A DNA stretch of 62,321 bases, the filler included. It is 3 parts of 3 records of this genome, joined end to end, with 100 filler letters (N's around TTAATTAATTAA, not from the genome) between each part and the next. Parts side by side here need not be neighbours in the genome. Positions count along the whole stretch, not along the records: positions 1 to 15,714 come from SRR31156797_7498; 2 more parts are not named here. One strand, 5' to 3'. The notes beneath the pieces were generated by a model. The model saw nothing but the letters and a program-made list of their open reading frames with translations. It searched no databases and was not told where the DNA came from. The translations under genes were made by a program, and so were the position numbers. Shown piece by piece: positions 1-10,045 of the stretch. Within the stretch, counting starts at the first letter, position 1. Each line of letters opens with the position of its first letter.

Positions 1-7
1 CGCGCTT

Positions 8-1321
8 TTGAAAACGCTGGAGGAGCCGCCCGAGCACGTGAAGTTTATCTTCGCCACAACCGAGGTGCGGAAGGTTCCGATCACCGTTCTTTCCCGTTGC
101 CAGCGGTTCGATCTTCGCCGGGTCGATGCCGAGACATTGGCGGCACATTTTACGAATCTTTCCGGGAAAGAAGGCGTCACGGTTTCTCCCGGAGCGATCC
201 AATTGATTGCGCGGGCGGCCGACGGAAGCGTTCGCGACGGACTTAGCCTGCTCGATCAGGCGATTGCCCACTGCACCGGAGAGGTCGACGAAGACCAAGT
301 GCGCGGCATGATCGGCCTGGCAGATCGAACCCGTACCTTCGATCTGCTTGAAGCCGTCATGAAAGGCGACGCGAAGACGGCGCTGTCGGTTCTTACGGCT
401 TTATATTCCTCGGGCGCCGATCCGATCGTCTTGATCGAGGACATGCTCGAATTGGTCCATTGGCTGACCCGGGTCCGATTGGTCCCCGATGTCGCGGATG
501 ATCCCGGCGTCCCCGAAGCCGAACGGGTGCGCGGCCGCAATATGGCGAAAACCCTGTCCATGCCGGTTCTGACCCGGGCCTGGCAGATGCTTTTGAAGGG
601 CGTTAGCGAAGCACGTATCGCACCGTCGCCCCTTCAGGCCGTAGAAATGATTCTGATCAGGTTGGCCTTCGTCGCCGAACTGCCAACGCCGGCTGAAGCG
701 ATCGAGTCTTTGAAAAGCGATAAATCGGTCGGTGCCGTCCCCGTAGCGCCAGCGCAGGTCCCACCTGGCGATTCGCAACCGCCACAGTCGGCGGCCGTCG
801 ATCCGAACGCAACCACCAGCGACGAGGATGGTCCGGGCACAACCCGTGCCGCCGCCGGAGGCGGCATGATTGCCGAAGCGCCGCCGCAACCGAGCGATCT
901 TTCGAACCAGACGGTTCAACCCGAGTTGATCAAACCGGATCCGGGATCGTTTACCGAGGTTGTCGATCTGGCACTAAGTCGCAAAGAGATGATTTTGGCA
1001 TCGAATCTTGCAAGTAACCTTCATCTGGTGAGATTCGAACCGGGAAAAATCGAATTCCATCCAACCGAAAATGCCCCCAATGAACTGGCCCACGACCTAA
1101 GCCGTTTCCTGAATGCACAAACAGCAAGGCGGTGGCTGGTAACGATTTCCGGTGAACGGGGCGAGCCGACCATCAAGGAACAAGAGGAAGCGGCCGAGGC
1201 GTCGCGTAAATCGGACGCCGCCCAAAATGCGCTGGTTCAGGCGGTGATGGAGACTTTCCCGGGTTCCGAGGTTACCGCCGTTCGCCCGTCGACGGCGGAG
1301 CCAGGCGAAGACGAAACCTAG
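8..1321 (+). CDS. dnaX: DNA polymerase III subunit gamma/tau (5'-truncated by window edge)
   Basis: KTLEEPPEHVKFIFATTE, SRCQRFDL and ADGSVRDGLSLLDQ clamp-loader motifs; Pro/Ala-rich linker; ybaB-recR downstream. Frame is open at the window start. Confidence 0.96.
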   Translation: MKTLEEPPEHVKFIFATTEVRKVPITVLSRCQRFDLRRVDAETLAAHFTNLSGKEGVTVSPGAIQLIARAADGSVRDGLSLLDQAIAHCTGEVDEDQVRGMIGLADRTRTFDLLEAVMKGDAKTALSVLTALYSSGADPIVLIEDMLELVHWLTRVRLVPDVADDPGVPEAERVRGRNMAKTLSMPVLTRAWQMLLKGVSEARIAPSPLQAVEMILIRLAFVAELPTPAEAIESLKSDKSVGAVPVAPAQVPPGDSQPPQSAAVDPNATTSDEDGPGTTRAAAGGGMIAEAPPQPSDLSNQTVQPELIKPDPGSFTEVVDLALSRKEMILASNLASNLHLVRFEPGKIEFHPTENAPNELAHDLSRFLNAQTARRWLVTISGERGEPTIKEQEEAAEASRKSDAAQNALVQAVMETFPGSEVTAVRPSTAEPGEDET

Positions 1322-1355
1322 AGCAGGATCTGCACAGCACTCGTTAAACTCCCAC

Positions 1356-2186
1356 CTAAAGCATGAATTCGTTATGGGACGCTTCGCCCCAGGCGTCCAG
1401 AAATGCGGCCAGGTGCGGTCTTTCCTCGCCTTCGGACTCGATCAACGAAATGACGTCGGCAACGGCGCGGTTGTAGGCATCCGTCGAAATCGTTCCGGTA
1501 TGCTGTTTGTGGCGAAGATAAACGAGATAGGTGTTGAGGACGTCGGTTTCGCAATAGTCCCGGATTTCTTCGATCTGTCCGGAATCGTACATCTCGGCCA
1601 CCTTCGATCCTTCGGTGCCGAACTTGCCCGGGAATCCCATGACGGCGCATACCTCGTTCAGCTTGATGCGTGCCGAAGCGCCGTAATCCGACAGGACTTC
1701 GATCAGGTCGCAATGCCAGTCGGCCGAATAGCGGCTGGTGTAGCTGTTCCATTTGTCGCCGGCGCCGTGCAGGAAAGGAGCGGCAATGCCGTGTTTCATG
1801 GCACGGTACTTCAGGACCGGCAGATCGAAGCCGCGTCCGTTGAAGGAAACCAGACGCGGTTTGTGATGTTCGAAAAACTGGAAAAATCCGGCGACCAGTT
1901 CCTTTTCCGACGATTTCCCGGAGCCGCCGGTTCTGAGTTCCTGCAGCAGGTATGCTTCGCTGCCGCCTTCCTGATGGATTTCGGCCCTGAGAAAACTGAT
2001 GGCGACGACCCGATGGAAGGGTTGCCTCGGGAAGGGGTTCCTGCCGTCGGTGATGTCCAGGTGATAGCGTTCCAGTTCGGCCCGTAGCGAGACCGTATCG
2101 GTGTCTTCGAATCCGGTCAGGTTGAACACCGCATCGGTGTCCGGCACGGTTTCGATATCGAAGACGAGCAGGTTTCGGTGCTGCAT
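1356..2186 (-). CDS. PolB-like 3'-5' exonuclease (DNA_pol_B_exo2-type, DEDDy)
   Basis: ExoI VFDIETVPD, ExoII SFNGRGFDLPVL, ExoIII DYCETDV. Start placed at ATG 2186 behind GGGGAG. Confidence 0.9.
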   Translation of the reverse strand: MQHRNLLVFDIETVPDTDAVFNLTGFEDTDTVSLRAELERYHLDITDGRNPFPRQPFHRVVAISFLRAEIHQEGGSEAYLLQELRTGGSGKSSEKELVAGFFQFFEHHKPRLVSFNGRGFDLPVLKYRAMKHGIAAPFLHGAGDKWNSYTSRYSADWHCDLIEVLSDYGASARIKLNEVCAVMGFPGKFGTEGSKVAEMYDSGQIEEIRDYCETDVLNTYLVYLRHKQHTGTISTDAYNRAVADVISLIESEGEERPHLAAFLDAWGEASHNEFML

Positions 2187-2254
2187 GACTTGTGCTCCCC
2201 GTCCTGTTATACACTGGCGCAGGAGAAACAACACCGGCCGGAGTCACGACACCC

Positions 2255-2578
2255 ATGAAAAACCTCGGCGAAATGATGAAAAAAGCCCAGGAAATGCAGT
2301 CCCGCATGGCCGAACTGCAGGAAAAGCTGGGCCAGACCGAAGTCACCGGTTCATCCGGCGGCGGCATGGTCGAGGTAACGCTTTCGGGCAAGACCGAAGC
2401 CCGGCGTGTCCGTATCGACCCGTCCCTTTTCCAAAGCGGCGATGCCGAGGTCCTCGAGGATCTGCTGGTTGCGGCCTTCAACGACGCCAAGGCCAAGGTC
2501 GAGGCGCAGGTGGCCGAAAAAATGCAGGAATTGACGGGCGGCCTTCAGTTGCCGCCGGGATTTCAACTGCCGTTCTAG
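2255..2578 (+). CDS. ybaB: YbaB/EbfC nucleoid-associated protein
   Basis: MMKKAQEMQ, GSSGGGMVEV, LEDLLVAAFNDA; sits directly before recR. Confidence 0.95.
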   Translation: MKNLGEMMKKAQEMQSRMAELQEKLGQTEVTGSSGGGMVEVTLSGKTEARRVRIDPSLFQSGDAEVLEDLLVAAFNDAKAKVEAQVAEKMQELTGGLQLPPGFQLPF

Positions 2579-2611
2579 ACCCGGCCTTTCAATCGAACCC
2601 GCTGCAAGCCG

Positions 2612-3205
2612 ATGCCGATAACCCAGATCGACCAATTGATTCAATTGCTGGCCAAGCTGCCGGGCCTGGGACCGCGGTCGGCCAGACGGGCGGCGCTGCA
2701 TCTGTTGAAGCGACGTGAAGCTCTTATGGAACCGTTGGCGCGGACGTTGGCCGATACCGCCGCTGCCGTAAAGGTCTGCTCGAACTGCGGCAACCTGGAT
2801 ACGGCGGACCCGTGTGCGATTTGTACCGATGTCAAACGCAATGCAACGATCATCTGCGTTGTCGAAGATGTCGCCGACCTGTGGGCGCTGGAACGTTCGG
2901 CCGTATTCAGGGGCCGCTATCACATCCTCGGCGGTACCTTGTCGGCGCTGGACGGCGTCGGACCCGACGAGTTGAACATCCCGAAATTGGTGGATCGGGT
3001 GGGCCGGGACGGGGTTTCCGAAGTGATCCTGGCGACCAGCGCAACGGTCGAAGGACAGACCACCGCCCATTACATCGCCGAACGGCTGGCCGATCACGGC
3101 ATAACCGTTTCCGGGTTGGCGCACGGCGTGCCGGTCGGCGGCGAACTGGATTATCTGGACGATGGCACGCTGTCGGCGGCGTTAAAGGCGCGGCGGCCGA
3201 TCTAA
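2612..3205 (+). CDS. recR: Recombination mediator RecR
   Basis: LPGLGPRSA HhH, CSNC..CAIC zinc finger, [23 protein letters not shown]. Confidence 0.97.
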   Translation: MPITQIDQLIQLLAKLPGLGPRSARRAALHLLKRREALMEPLARTLADTAAAVKVCSNCGNLDTADPCAICTDVKRNATIICVVEDVADLWALERSAVFRGRYHILGGTLSALDGVGPDELNIPKLVDRVGRDGVSEVILATSATVEGQTTAHYIAERLADHGITVSGLAHGVPVGGELDYLDDGTLSAALKARRPI

Positions 3206-3738
3206 CCTTTTTCCCCCTCCGCCAGGTATTCAGCGGCATCGAGTTGGAAGAACGGCAGGTTTTGTCCGTAGTGAAAGGCCATGCCGATCCGCCGCAGGCC
3301 AATTTTCCTGAGTACGTGCTGAGAGCGCATGTTGTCGGGATGGGTAACGGCGACGACGGGGTCCAGATCCAAATCGCGAAATCCGTGATCGAGGACCGTT
3401 TGTGCCGCTTCGGTGGCGAACCCGTGCCCCCATGCCGCCTGGCAATAGCGATATCCGATTTCAATCAGACCGGAATTCTCCAAGGGAAACAGGCCGCACC
3501 AGCCGATAAAACCGGGATCGGATTTGGATTCGACGACCCAAAGACCACCAATGGGCGGCCAATCGCTGCTGATGCGGCGAATAAGCTCTTCTCGGTGAGC
3601 CTTCCAGTTGGGCGGAGAATCGCCCCAGATGTGGCGGTGGACCTTTGGGTCCATGTCCATCGCCATATTGGCTTCGATGTCCGCCAAGGCACGAGATCGC
3701 AGGATCAATCGATCGGTTTCGAGGGGTATTTCGTTCAT
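3202..3738 (-). CDS. GNAT N-acetyltransferase, RimJ/RimL family
   Basis: [44 protein letters not shown]. Confidence 0.9.
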   Translation of the reverse strand: MNEIPLETDRLILRSRALADIEANMAMDMDPKVHRHIWGDSPPNWKAHREELIRRISSDWPPIGGLWVVESKSDPGFIGWCGLFPLENSGLIEIGYRYCQAAWGHGFATEAAQTVLDHGFRDLDLDPVVAVTHPDNMRSQHVLRKIGLRRIGMAFHYGQNLPFFQLDAAEYLAEGEKG

Positions 3739-3851
3739 GTCCGTCGCTCGTGGGCCGTTCCGGGGCCAAGTCATTGTTCGTGGACTTCGCAAACTAAACC
3801 CAAACCGATGAATTTTTTGTTTATCCCCTGAATTCCGTCGGCGACAACGCT

Positions 3852-5075
3852 ATGTTTCTGGTTCGAAGGATAAGGAACTTAGGCGTGGAACGATCCAGCC
3901 CCGGCCAAATATTTGCGGTTTTCCTGAAACTCGGTTTGACCTCCTTTGGCGGTCCGGTGGCTCATATCGGTTATTTTCGCGAGGAGTTCGTACGCCGCCG
4001 GGCGTGGCTGGATGAACGCACGTATGCCGATCTGGTCGCGCTGTGCCAGTTTCTGCCGGGACCTAGCAGCAGCCAAGTGGGGATGAGTGTCGGAATTGCC
4101 CGTGCGGGGATTGCCGGGGCGTTGGCCGCCTGGGTCGGTTTCACGCTACCGTCTGCCCTTTTGATGTTGGCATTCGCTTTCGGGGTTGTTGCAGCTGGAG
4201 ACACCCTTGGCGGCGGTTGGCTGCAGGGGTTGAAGGTGATGGCTGTCGCCGTCGTTGCCAATGCGGTTTGGGCGATGGCCCGCAACCTGTGCCCAGACCG
4301 GCCGCGCCAAATTCTTGCCGTGCTTGCTGCCATTCTGGTCGTGGCCTGGCCGCAATCGCTGAGCCATCTGGTGACCATCGCGGCCGGAGCCTTGCTCGGA
4401 CGATTGTTCCTGTCGGCGGATGGGGTTGGCACGGCAAAACCGCTGACGCTGCCCATCGGCCGTCGCATCGGAATCGCGGCCCTGACCGTGTTTCTTGTTT
4501 TTCTGGTCGGATTGCCGGTGGCGGTGACGCTATTTCCGGAAATGAAGTTGGCCGTGTTCGACAGTTTTTACCGGGCCGGATCCCTGGTTTTTGGTGGCGG
4601 CCACGTCTTGCTGCCTTTGTTGCAGGCGCATGTGGTGCCGCCGGGGTGGGTCGACGTCGACGGTTTCCTGGCCGGGTACGGGGCAGCTCAGGCGGTTCCG
4701 GGACCGTTGTTTTCGATCGCGACCTACCTTGGCGCCGTCATGACGCCGGGTGGTGGCGTTGCGATGGCCGGCGTTGCCCTGCTGGCGATTTTCCTGCCTT
4801 CGTTCCTGTTGGTCGTCGGAGCGCTGCCGTTTTGGAACGTGCTGCGGGCCCAGCCGAAGGTTCAGTCGGCTCTGATGGGCGTCAATGCCGCCGTTGTCGG
4901 ATTGCTGGTGGCCGTTCTTTATGACCCGGTTTGGACCGGCACCATGCACGGCGCCGGTGATTTTGTACTGCTGCTTATGGCCTTCGCGGCGATCGCGCTT
5001 CTCAACGTGCCGTTGTGGATCGTGGCGCCGGCGGCGGCGCTTATCGGCGCCGCCTTCGGCGTGATCGGGTTCTAG
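3852..5075 (+). CDS. chrA: Chromate efflux transporter, long-chain CHR family
   Basis: Two CHR repeats: SFGGPVAHIG..QFLPGP and VFGGGHVLL..AQAVPGP. GTG 3885 is an alternative start. Confidence 0.92.
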   Translation: MFLVRRIRNLGVERSSPGQIFAVFLKLGLTSFGGPVAHIGYFREEFVRRRAWLDERTYADLVALCQFLPGPSSSQVGMSVGIARAGIAGALAAWVGFTLPSALLMLAFAFGVVAAGDTLGGGWLQGLKVMAVAVVANAVWAMARNLCPDRPRQILAVLAAILVVAWPQSLSHLVTIAAGALLGRLFLSADGVGTAKPLTLPIGRRIGIAALTVFLVFLVGLPVAVTLFPEMKLAVFDSFYRAGSLVFGGGHVLLPLLQAHVVPPGWVDVDGFLAGYGAAQAVPGPLFSIATYLGAVMTPGGGVAMAGVALLAIFLPSFLLVVGALPFWNVLRAQPKVQSALMGVNAAVVGLLVAVLYDPVWTGTMHGAGDFVLLLMAFAAIALLNVPLWIVAPAAALIGAAFGVIGF

Positions 5076-5089
5076 AGAAAGCTCTAATC

Positions 5090-5539
5090 CTATTCCTCTT
5101 CACTGACCACCTGCAGGACGGTTCCGGCCGTGCCGACAACCTTGACCCGGGTTCCTTCGGGCAGATCGTTGCCGGCGATCTTCCAGGTCGTGTCGTCGAC
5201 CCAAAGTTTGCCGGCGCCGTTTACGATGGCTTCGCTCAAGGTGAAGGTCCTGCCGACATACTGCTCGCCGCGCCGATTGAGTGTCGGGTGATCGGTTTCT
5301 GTCGGGCGTTTACGTACCCACATCCGCCCGGCGATGACACTGACGACGGAAAGCGCCGCAAAAACAAGAACCTGGGTCTGCCACGCCATGCCGTCGATGG
5401 CCAGGACGGCAACACCGGTGACCAGTGCTGCGATCCCCATCCACAGGAAGATGATTCCGGGCGCCAGGGCTTCCAGGACGACCAGACCGACGCCCAGAAT
5501 CAGCCAATGCCAGAAAGTGATCTGTTCCAGGTATTCCAT
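5090..5539 (-). CDS. NfeD family protein (short, YbbJ-like)
   Basis: N-terminal TM helices, LNRRGEQYVGR and a C-terminal OB-fold; directly downstream of the SPFH gene. Confidence 0.9.
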   Translation of the reverse strand: MEYLEQITFWHWLILGVGLVVLEALAPGIIFLWMGIAALVTGVAVLAIDGMAWQTQVLVFAALSVVSVIAGRMWVRKRPTETDHPTLNRRGEQYVGRTFTLSEAIVNGAGKLWVDDTTWKIAGNDLPEGTRVKVVGTAGTVLQVVSEEE

Positions 5540-5557
5540 TGTCCGGCCTCCGTGCCG

Positions 5558-6544
5558 CTATTCCTTGCCCTGCCAGGGACCGGTTCGCGGCCCGCCGGTT
5601 GTTGACCCAGCTGCGCCGCCGGACTTGCCGCCGAAGGCTTCCCTAGCGATTTCGGCGATGCCGCCGACGCTGCCGATCAGGCTGGTCGCTTCGAGCGGCA
5701 GGAAGATCACCTTCTGATTGCGGGCCGAGGCGATGCCCTGCAGGGCGTCGGTATATTTCTGGGCGACGAAATAATTGATCGCCTGCACGTCGCCTTTGGC
5801 GATGGCTTCGGAAACCATGCTCGTTGCCTTGGCTTCGGCTTCGGCCTCGCGTTCCCGCGCCTCGGCATCGCGATAGGCGGCCTCGCGGCGGCCTTCGGCT
5901 TCCAGAATGGCTCCTTGTTTTTCGCCTTCGGCTTTCAGGATGGCTGCCTGCCGTTCGCCCTCGGCTTCCAGGATGGAGGCGCGTTTTTCCCGTTCCGCCT
6001 TCATTTGCCGGGCCATGGCGTCGACAAGATCGCGCGGCGGCGAAATATCCTTGATTTCGATGCGCGTCACCTTGACGCCCCAGGGTGTTGTCGCCTCGTC
6101 GACCACGGTCAGGAGTCGGGCATTGATCTGGTCGCGCTGCGACAGCAGCTCGTCGAGGTCCATCGAACCCATCACGGTCCGGATGTTGGTCATCGTCAGG
6201 TTGAGCGACGCCAGTTCCAACTGCCGTACCTCATAGGCCGCCATGGCGGCGTCGAGGATCTGGTAAAAGACGACCCCATCGACCGAAACCATGGCGTTGT
6301 CCTTGGTGATGATTTCCTGGGTGGGGACGTCGAGCACCTGCTCCATCATATTCATCTTGGCACCGATGCGGTCGATGATCGGGATGATCAGGTGCAGGCC
6401 TGGTGACAGGGTGCGGGTGTAGCGGCCGAACCGCTCGACCGTGTATTCGAAGCCCTGCGGCACCGCCTTGACGCCGAGAATGACGATGACGACCGCGAAG
6501 ACCAGCACCGCGATCACAAAGATGGAAAATTCCGAGATTGGCAT
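5558..6544 (-). CDS. qmcA: SPFH/band 7 protein (QmcA/YbbK-like)
   Basis: [40 protein letters not shown]. Confidence 0.9.
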   Translation of the reverse strand: MPISEFSIFVIAVLVFAVVIVILGVKAVPQGFEYTVERFGRYTRTLSPGLHLIIPIIDRIGAKMNMMEQVLDVPTQEIITKDNAMVSVDGVVFYQILDAAMAAYEVRQLELASLNLTMTNIRTVMGSMDLDELLSQRDQINARLLTVVDEATTPWGVKVTRIEIKDISPPRDLVDAMARQMKAEREKRASILEAEGERQAAILKAEGEKQGAILEAEGRREAAYRDAEAREREAEAEAKATSMVSEAIAKGDVQAINYFVAQKYTDALQGIASARNQKVIFLPLEATSLIGSVGGIAEIAREAFGGKSGGAAGSTTGGPRTGPWQGKE

Positions 6545-6644
6545 CGTTTCGCTCCTGGTTCCGGTTACACCCCACTCCAATCCCGGGGGTGACGGTATCG
6601 GTTATGTGCGGACCCGAGGCAAAAAAACCTTCGGGTTCCGGCGT

Positions 6645-7763
6645 TCAAATATTTTCACTCGTTGGACCATTGTCCCCATCATTGCCTGATTGCGGTCGTG
6701 GTGGCGGTAGATCCTCGGCTGGCCGTTCGTCCCCCAGTTGGATTTCGTCTATGCGCTCGGCACGTTTGGTTACCTTGTCGGTCGAAATTCGGATCTGCCG
6801 GACGTCTTCGACCGTCTGGTCGAAGTGTTTGTGTAGACGACCCACCCGGTCATCCAGGCGCCCGACGTCGCCCAACAGTTTCTGGACTTCGGCCTGAATG
6901 ACACCGGCCTGTTCGCGCATGCTCGCGTCCTTTAGAACCGCCCTTACCGTGTTGAGGGTGGCCATCAGTGTCGTCGGCGAGACGATCCAAACCCGGCGGC
7001 GAAAGGATTCCTCAATAACATTCCTGAAGGTGGCGTGGAGTTCGGCATAGACGGCCTCGCTTGGCAGGAACATCAGGGCCGATTCGGCCGTTTCGCCGGG
7101 AACAATGTATTTATCGGCAATGGCTTTCACGTGCTTGATCACGTCGGCGCTAAAGGCGCGACCCGCCTGGACCACCGCCGCATCGTCCTTGGCCTCGCGC
7201 AACGCCTTGTAACTTTCGAGCGGAAACTTGGCATCGATGGCGATGGCGCCCGGCGGATTTGGCAACTTCAGCAGACAGTCGACGCGCGTGTTGTTGCCCA
7301 GGCCTGCCTGGAATTCATAAGCGGATGGTGGCAAGGCTCCGGTCACGATGTCCTTCAATTGGATCTCGCCGAATGCCCCGCGGGCCTGTTTGTTCGACAG
7401 AATATCCTGCAAACCGACTACCTGCTGGGAAAGGTCGGTGATTTTTTGCTGGGCCCGGTCGATGACGGCCAAACGGGTTTGCAGTTCCTTCAGCGAATCG
7501 CCGGTTTTTTCCGTCTGCTGGGCCAGGCTGTCGCCAAGCCGTTTGCTCAGGCCGTCCAGCCGTTCGTTGATGCCGGTGTGCGTCTGCTGTAGCCGACCGC
7601 CCAATTCGCTTTGATTGGCGGCCAGACGTTCCGCCGTTTCGGCGATCTGCGCCATGCGTGCGGCGCCCTCGGCCCGAACCCTTTCGGCCCGGATCATCAC
7701 GAAAAGCACGACCACGATCAGAAGGGCCGCAACGACGGCCATAACAATGACAGATTCTTCCAT
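6645..7763 (-). CDS. rmuC: DNA recombination protein RmuC
   Basis: N-terminal TM plus coiled coil, KQARGAFGEIQL, IDAKFPLE, MFLPSEAVY, VSPTTLMA. Confidence 0.93.
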   Translation of the reverse strand: MEESVIVMAVVAALLIVVVLFVMIRAERVRAEGAARMAQIAETAERLAANQSELGGRLQQTHTGINERLDGLSKRLGDSLAQQTEKTGDSLKELQTRLAVIDRAQQKITDLSQQVVGLQDILSNKQARGAFGEIQLKDIVTGALPPSAYEFQAGLGNNTRVDCLLKLPNPPGAIAIDAKFPLESYKALREAKDDAAVVQAGRAFSADVIKHVKAIADKYIVPGETAESALMFLPSEAVYAELHATFRNVIEESFRRRVWIVSPTTLMATLNTVRAVLKDASMREQAGVIQAEVQKLLGDVGRLDDRVGRLHKHFDQTVEDVRQIRISTDKVTKRAERIDEIQLGDERPAEDLPPPRPQSGNDGDNGPTSENI

Positions 7764-7860
7764 AAGCTCGGGTAACCTCCCCGCCGACAGCTTGCACAAT
7801 CAGGTGGGGAAACGCAAACTCTCGCCTCGGCAATCGTGCCCGATAAATTTGGAGATACCC

Positions 7861-9285
7861 ATGCGTCTGCTGATCACCGCCACCGCTCTCGCGTTATTCG
7901 TTACCACTGCGATGGCGGGGGAAGAAAAAGCCGTTCCCATCGCCGACAGGACCGGCGTCGCGGTCACCCTCTATTCGGGCGGATTCGGGCTCATCAAGGA
8001 CCGCCGCAAAGTGGATCTGGGACAGGGTGAAAACGCGATTGCGTTCGAAGGCGTGAGCGCCAAGATGATCCCGTCGAGTGCGCTGGTCCGTGCCGGTTCC
8101 GGCGTTCGCGTACTTGAACAGAATTTCGAATTCGACTTGATTTCGCCCGAATCCCTGTTGCGGCGTTCGGTCGGCAAGCAGGTTCGTGTCATACGCACCC
8201 ATCCGACGACAGGCGAGGACTGGATCGAAACCGCGCAGGTTTTGGCGGCGGAAAACGGCACCGTGCTGCGTATCGGCGATCGCATCGAAACCGGTGTACC
8301 GGGGCGATTGGTCTTCGATTCGATCCCGACTGGTTTACGGGCTCAACCGACCTTGCTGCTGGAAGTCGACAGCGCAACCGCCGGGGCCGAAGAACTGCAA
8401 CTGACCTATTTGAGCGAGGGCATGAACTGGCGGGCCGAATATGCCCTGGAACTGGATGGCGACGGCGAATCGTTGGACCTGAGCGCCTGGGCGTCGCTGT
8501 CCAACAATTCGGGCGTCGCTTTTGAGGACGCCGATCTGCAACTGGTTGCCGGCGACGTACAGCGCGAAAGGGCGTTCAAAATGATGGCGGCGATGCCCAT
8601 GGGGCGAGGCGCGGTGGCGGAAGAATCCGCTAGTTCGTCAATGCAGCAGGAAGCGATGGGCGATCTCCATCTTTATTCGATTCCGCGTCCGGTGACGTTG
8701 AAGAACAAGCAAACCAAACAGGTGGCCATGATGTCGGCCGCGGATGTCCGGGTTACCAGGGAATACATGAAAGAGCGTTGGATACCGGAACGCGATTCCC
8801 GGGTCAAAGCCGTGACGCCGCTGGTCGAGCGGCCGACGGTGTATTTGTCGTTCGAGAATGAGAAAGCCAACAATCTCGGCATACCGCTGCCGGCCGGGTT
8901 GGTCCGGGTCTACGAGCGCGATTCCGCCAATCGCATCCAATTCGCGGGCGAACACTCGATAAGTCACAAGGCGACCGGCGAAAATGTGGTTCTCAACATG
9001 GGCGATGCCTCCGACATCGGGGTTCAGTACGAACAGAAGGATTTCAAGAAGGAAGGACTGCCCGAGAAAACCTTCGAAAGCGCGCAGTGGATCAGGGTCA
9101 CCAACGCCAAATCGAAGCCGATTTCCGTCTGGATCGTCGAGAAATTCCCCGGTGTCACCGAATTCCTGGACAAAAGCATCGATCCCGACGAGTTCACCCG
9201 TCTTCAGGCTGCCTGGGAGATCAAGGTGCCGGCGGAAGGCGAGATGGTGTTAACCTATCGGGTGCGGGTGCGGCGACTAAGCTGA
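7861..9285 (+). CDS. Exported DUF4139-domain protein
   Basis: Signal peptide MRLLITATALALF..AMA; VTLYSGGFGLIKDRR, LEQNFEFDL, LGIPLPAGLVRVY. Confidence 0.8.
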   Translation: MRLLITATALALFVTTAMAGEEKAVPIADRTGVAVTLYSGGFGLIKDRRKVDLGQGENAIAFEGVSAKMIPSSALVRAGSGVRVLEQNFEFDLISPESLLRRSVGKQVRVIRTHPTTGEDWIETAQVLAAENGTVLRIGDRIETGVPGRLVFDSIPTGLRAQPTLLLEVDSATAGAEELQLTYLSEGMNWRAEYALELDGDGESLDLSAWASLSNNSGVAFEDADLQLVAGDVQRERAFKMMAAMPMGRGAVAEESASSSMQQEAMGDLHLYSIPRPVTLKNKQTKQVAMMSAADVRVTREYMKERWIPERDSRVKAVTPLVERPTVYLSFENEKANNLGIPLPAGLVRVYERDSANRIQFAGEHSISHKATGENVVLNMGDASDIGVQYEQKDFKKEGLPEKTFESAQWIRVTNAKSKPISVWIVEKFPGVTEFLDKSIDPDEFTRLQAAWEIKVPAEGEMVLTYRVRVRRLS

Positions 9286-9366
9286 TCGCGGCTCTTTGCC
9301 TTGACGGCCCGGTGTCCAGAGCCTATGTCGACGGCTAAGCGTTTCAATGTTCCGTCAAGTAGAGCA

Positions 9367-9912
9367 ATGGCCATTCGACCCATACTGATTGCCCCGGATC
9401 CGCGCCTGAAGGCAAAGAGCGAGCCCATCGATGCCGTCGACGAGGATGCGTGCGGACTGATGGACGACATGCTCGAGACTATGATGTCTGCCGATGGAAT
9501 CGGATTGGCGGCACCGCAGGTCGGTGTTTTGAAACGCATCATCGTGGTCGCGGCGCCGCGCGACGACGATGACGACGACGGCAATGGCCGCTCGAAAAAC
9601 CCGCTGAAAATGGCCAATCCGGAAATCGTTTGGGCATCGGACGAGACGTCGCCGCGGGAAGAAGGCTGTCTTTCATTGCCCGAACATTACGCCGAGGTGG
9701 TTCGCCCCGACCGTGTTCGGGTGCGTTACCTCGATGCCGACAACGAGGTTCGGGAAATCGAGGCCGACGGGCTTCTCGGTACCTGCATTCAGCACGAAAT
9801 AGACCATTTGGACGGAGTCTTGTTCGTCGACTATATTTCTTCGCTGAAACGCGGAATCATCCTGCGCAAATTGAATAAAACAAAAAAACTCGGCATCGCC
9901 GCCACCGGTTGA
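9367..9912 (+). CDS. def: Peptide deformylase
   Basis: GIGLAAPQ, EGCLS and QHEIDHLDG motifs. Confidence 0.97.
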   Translation: MAIRPILIAPDPRLKAKSEPIDAVDEDACGLMDDMLETMMSADGIGLAAPQVGVLKRIIVVAAPRDDDDDDGNGRSKNPLKMANPEIVWASDETSPREEGCLSLPEHYAEVVRPDRVRVRYLDADNEVREIEADGLLGTCIQHEIDHLDGVLFVDYISSLKRGIILRKLNKTKKLGIAATG

Positions 9913-10045
9913 TTCCTTCCGACGACTCCTGGCAAACCGATTGAAATGGACTAAGATGCGCCTGCTGGCGCCGAAGACCCAATGGTGGCCGAAAGCGTCC
10001 AGGTTCGTGAATGAAAACAAGGAAGAAACGAGGAGCGGAACAACC

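Noticed and set aside
8..1321. Programmed -1 frameshift in dnaX
   Set aside because: No A-AAA-AAG slippery heptamer or long A-run seen at the gamma/tau boundary.
1372..2496. 374-aa minus-strand ORF across the exonuclease and ybaB
   Set aside because: Arg-rich off-frame artefact of high GC overlapping two well-supported genes.
9562..9579. GAC/GAT repeat giving six Asp in Def
   Set aside because: Lies in the variable loop of deformylases; simple low complexity.
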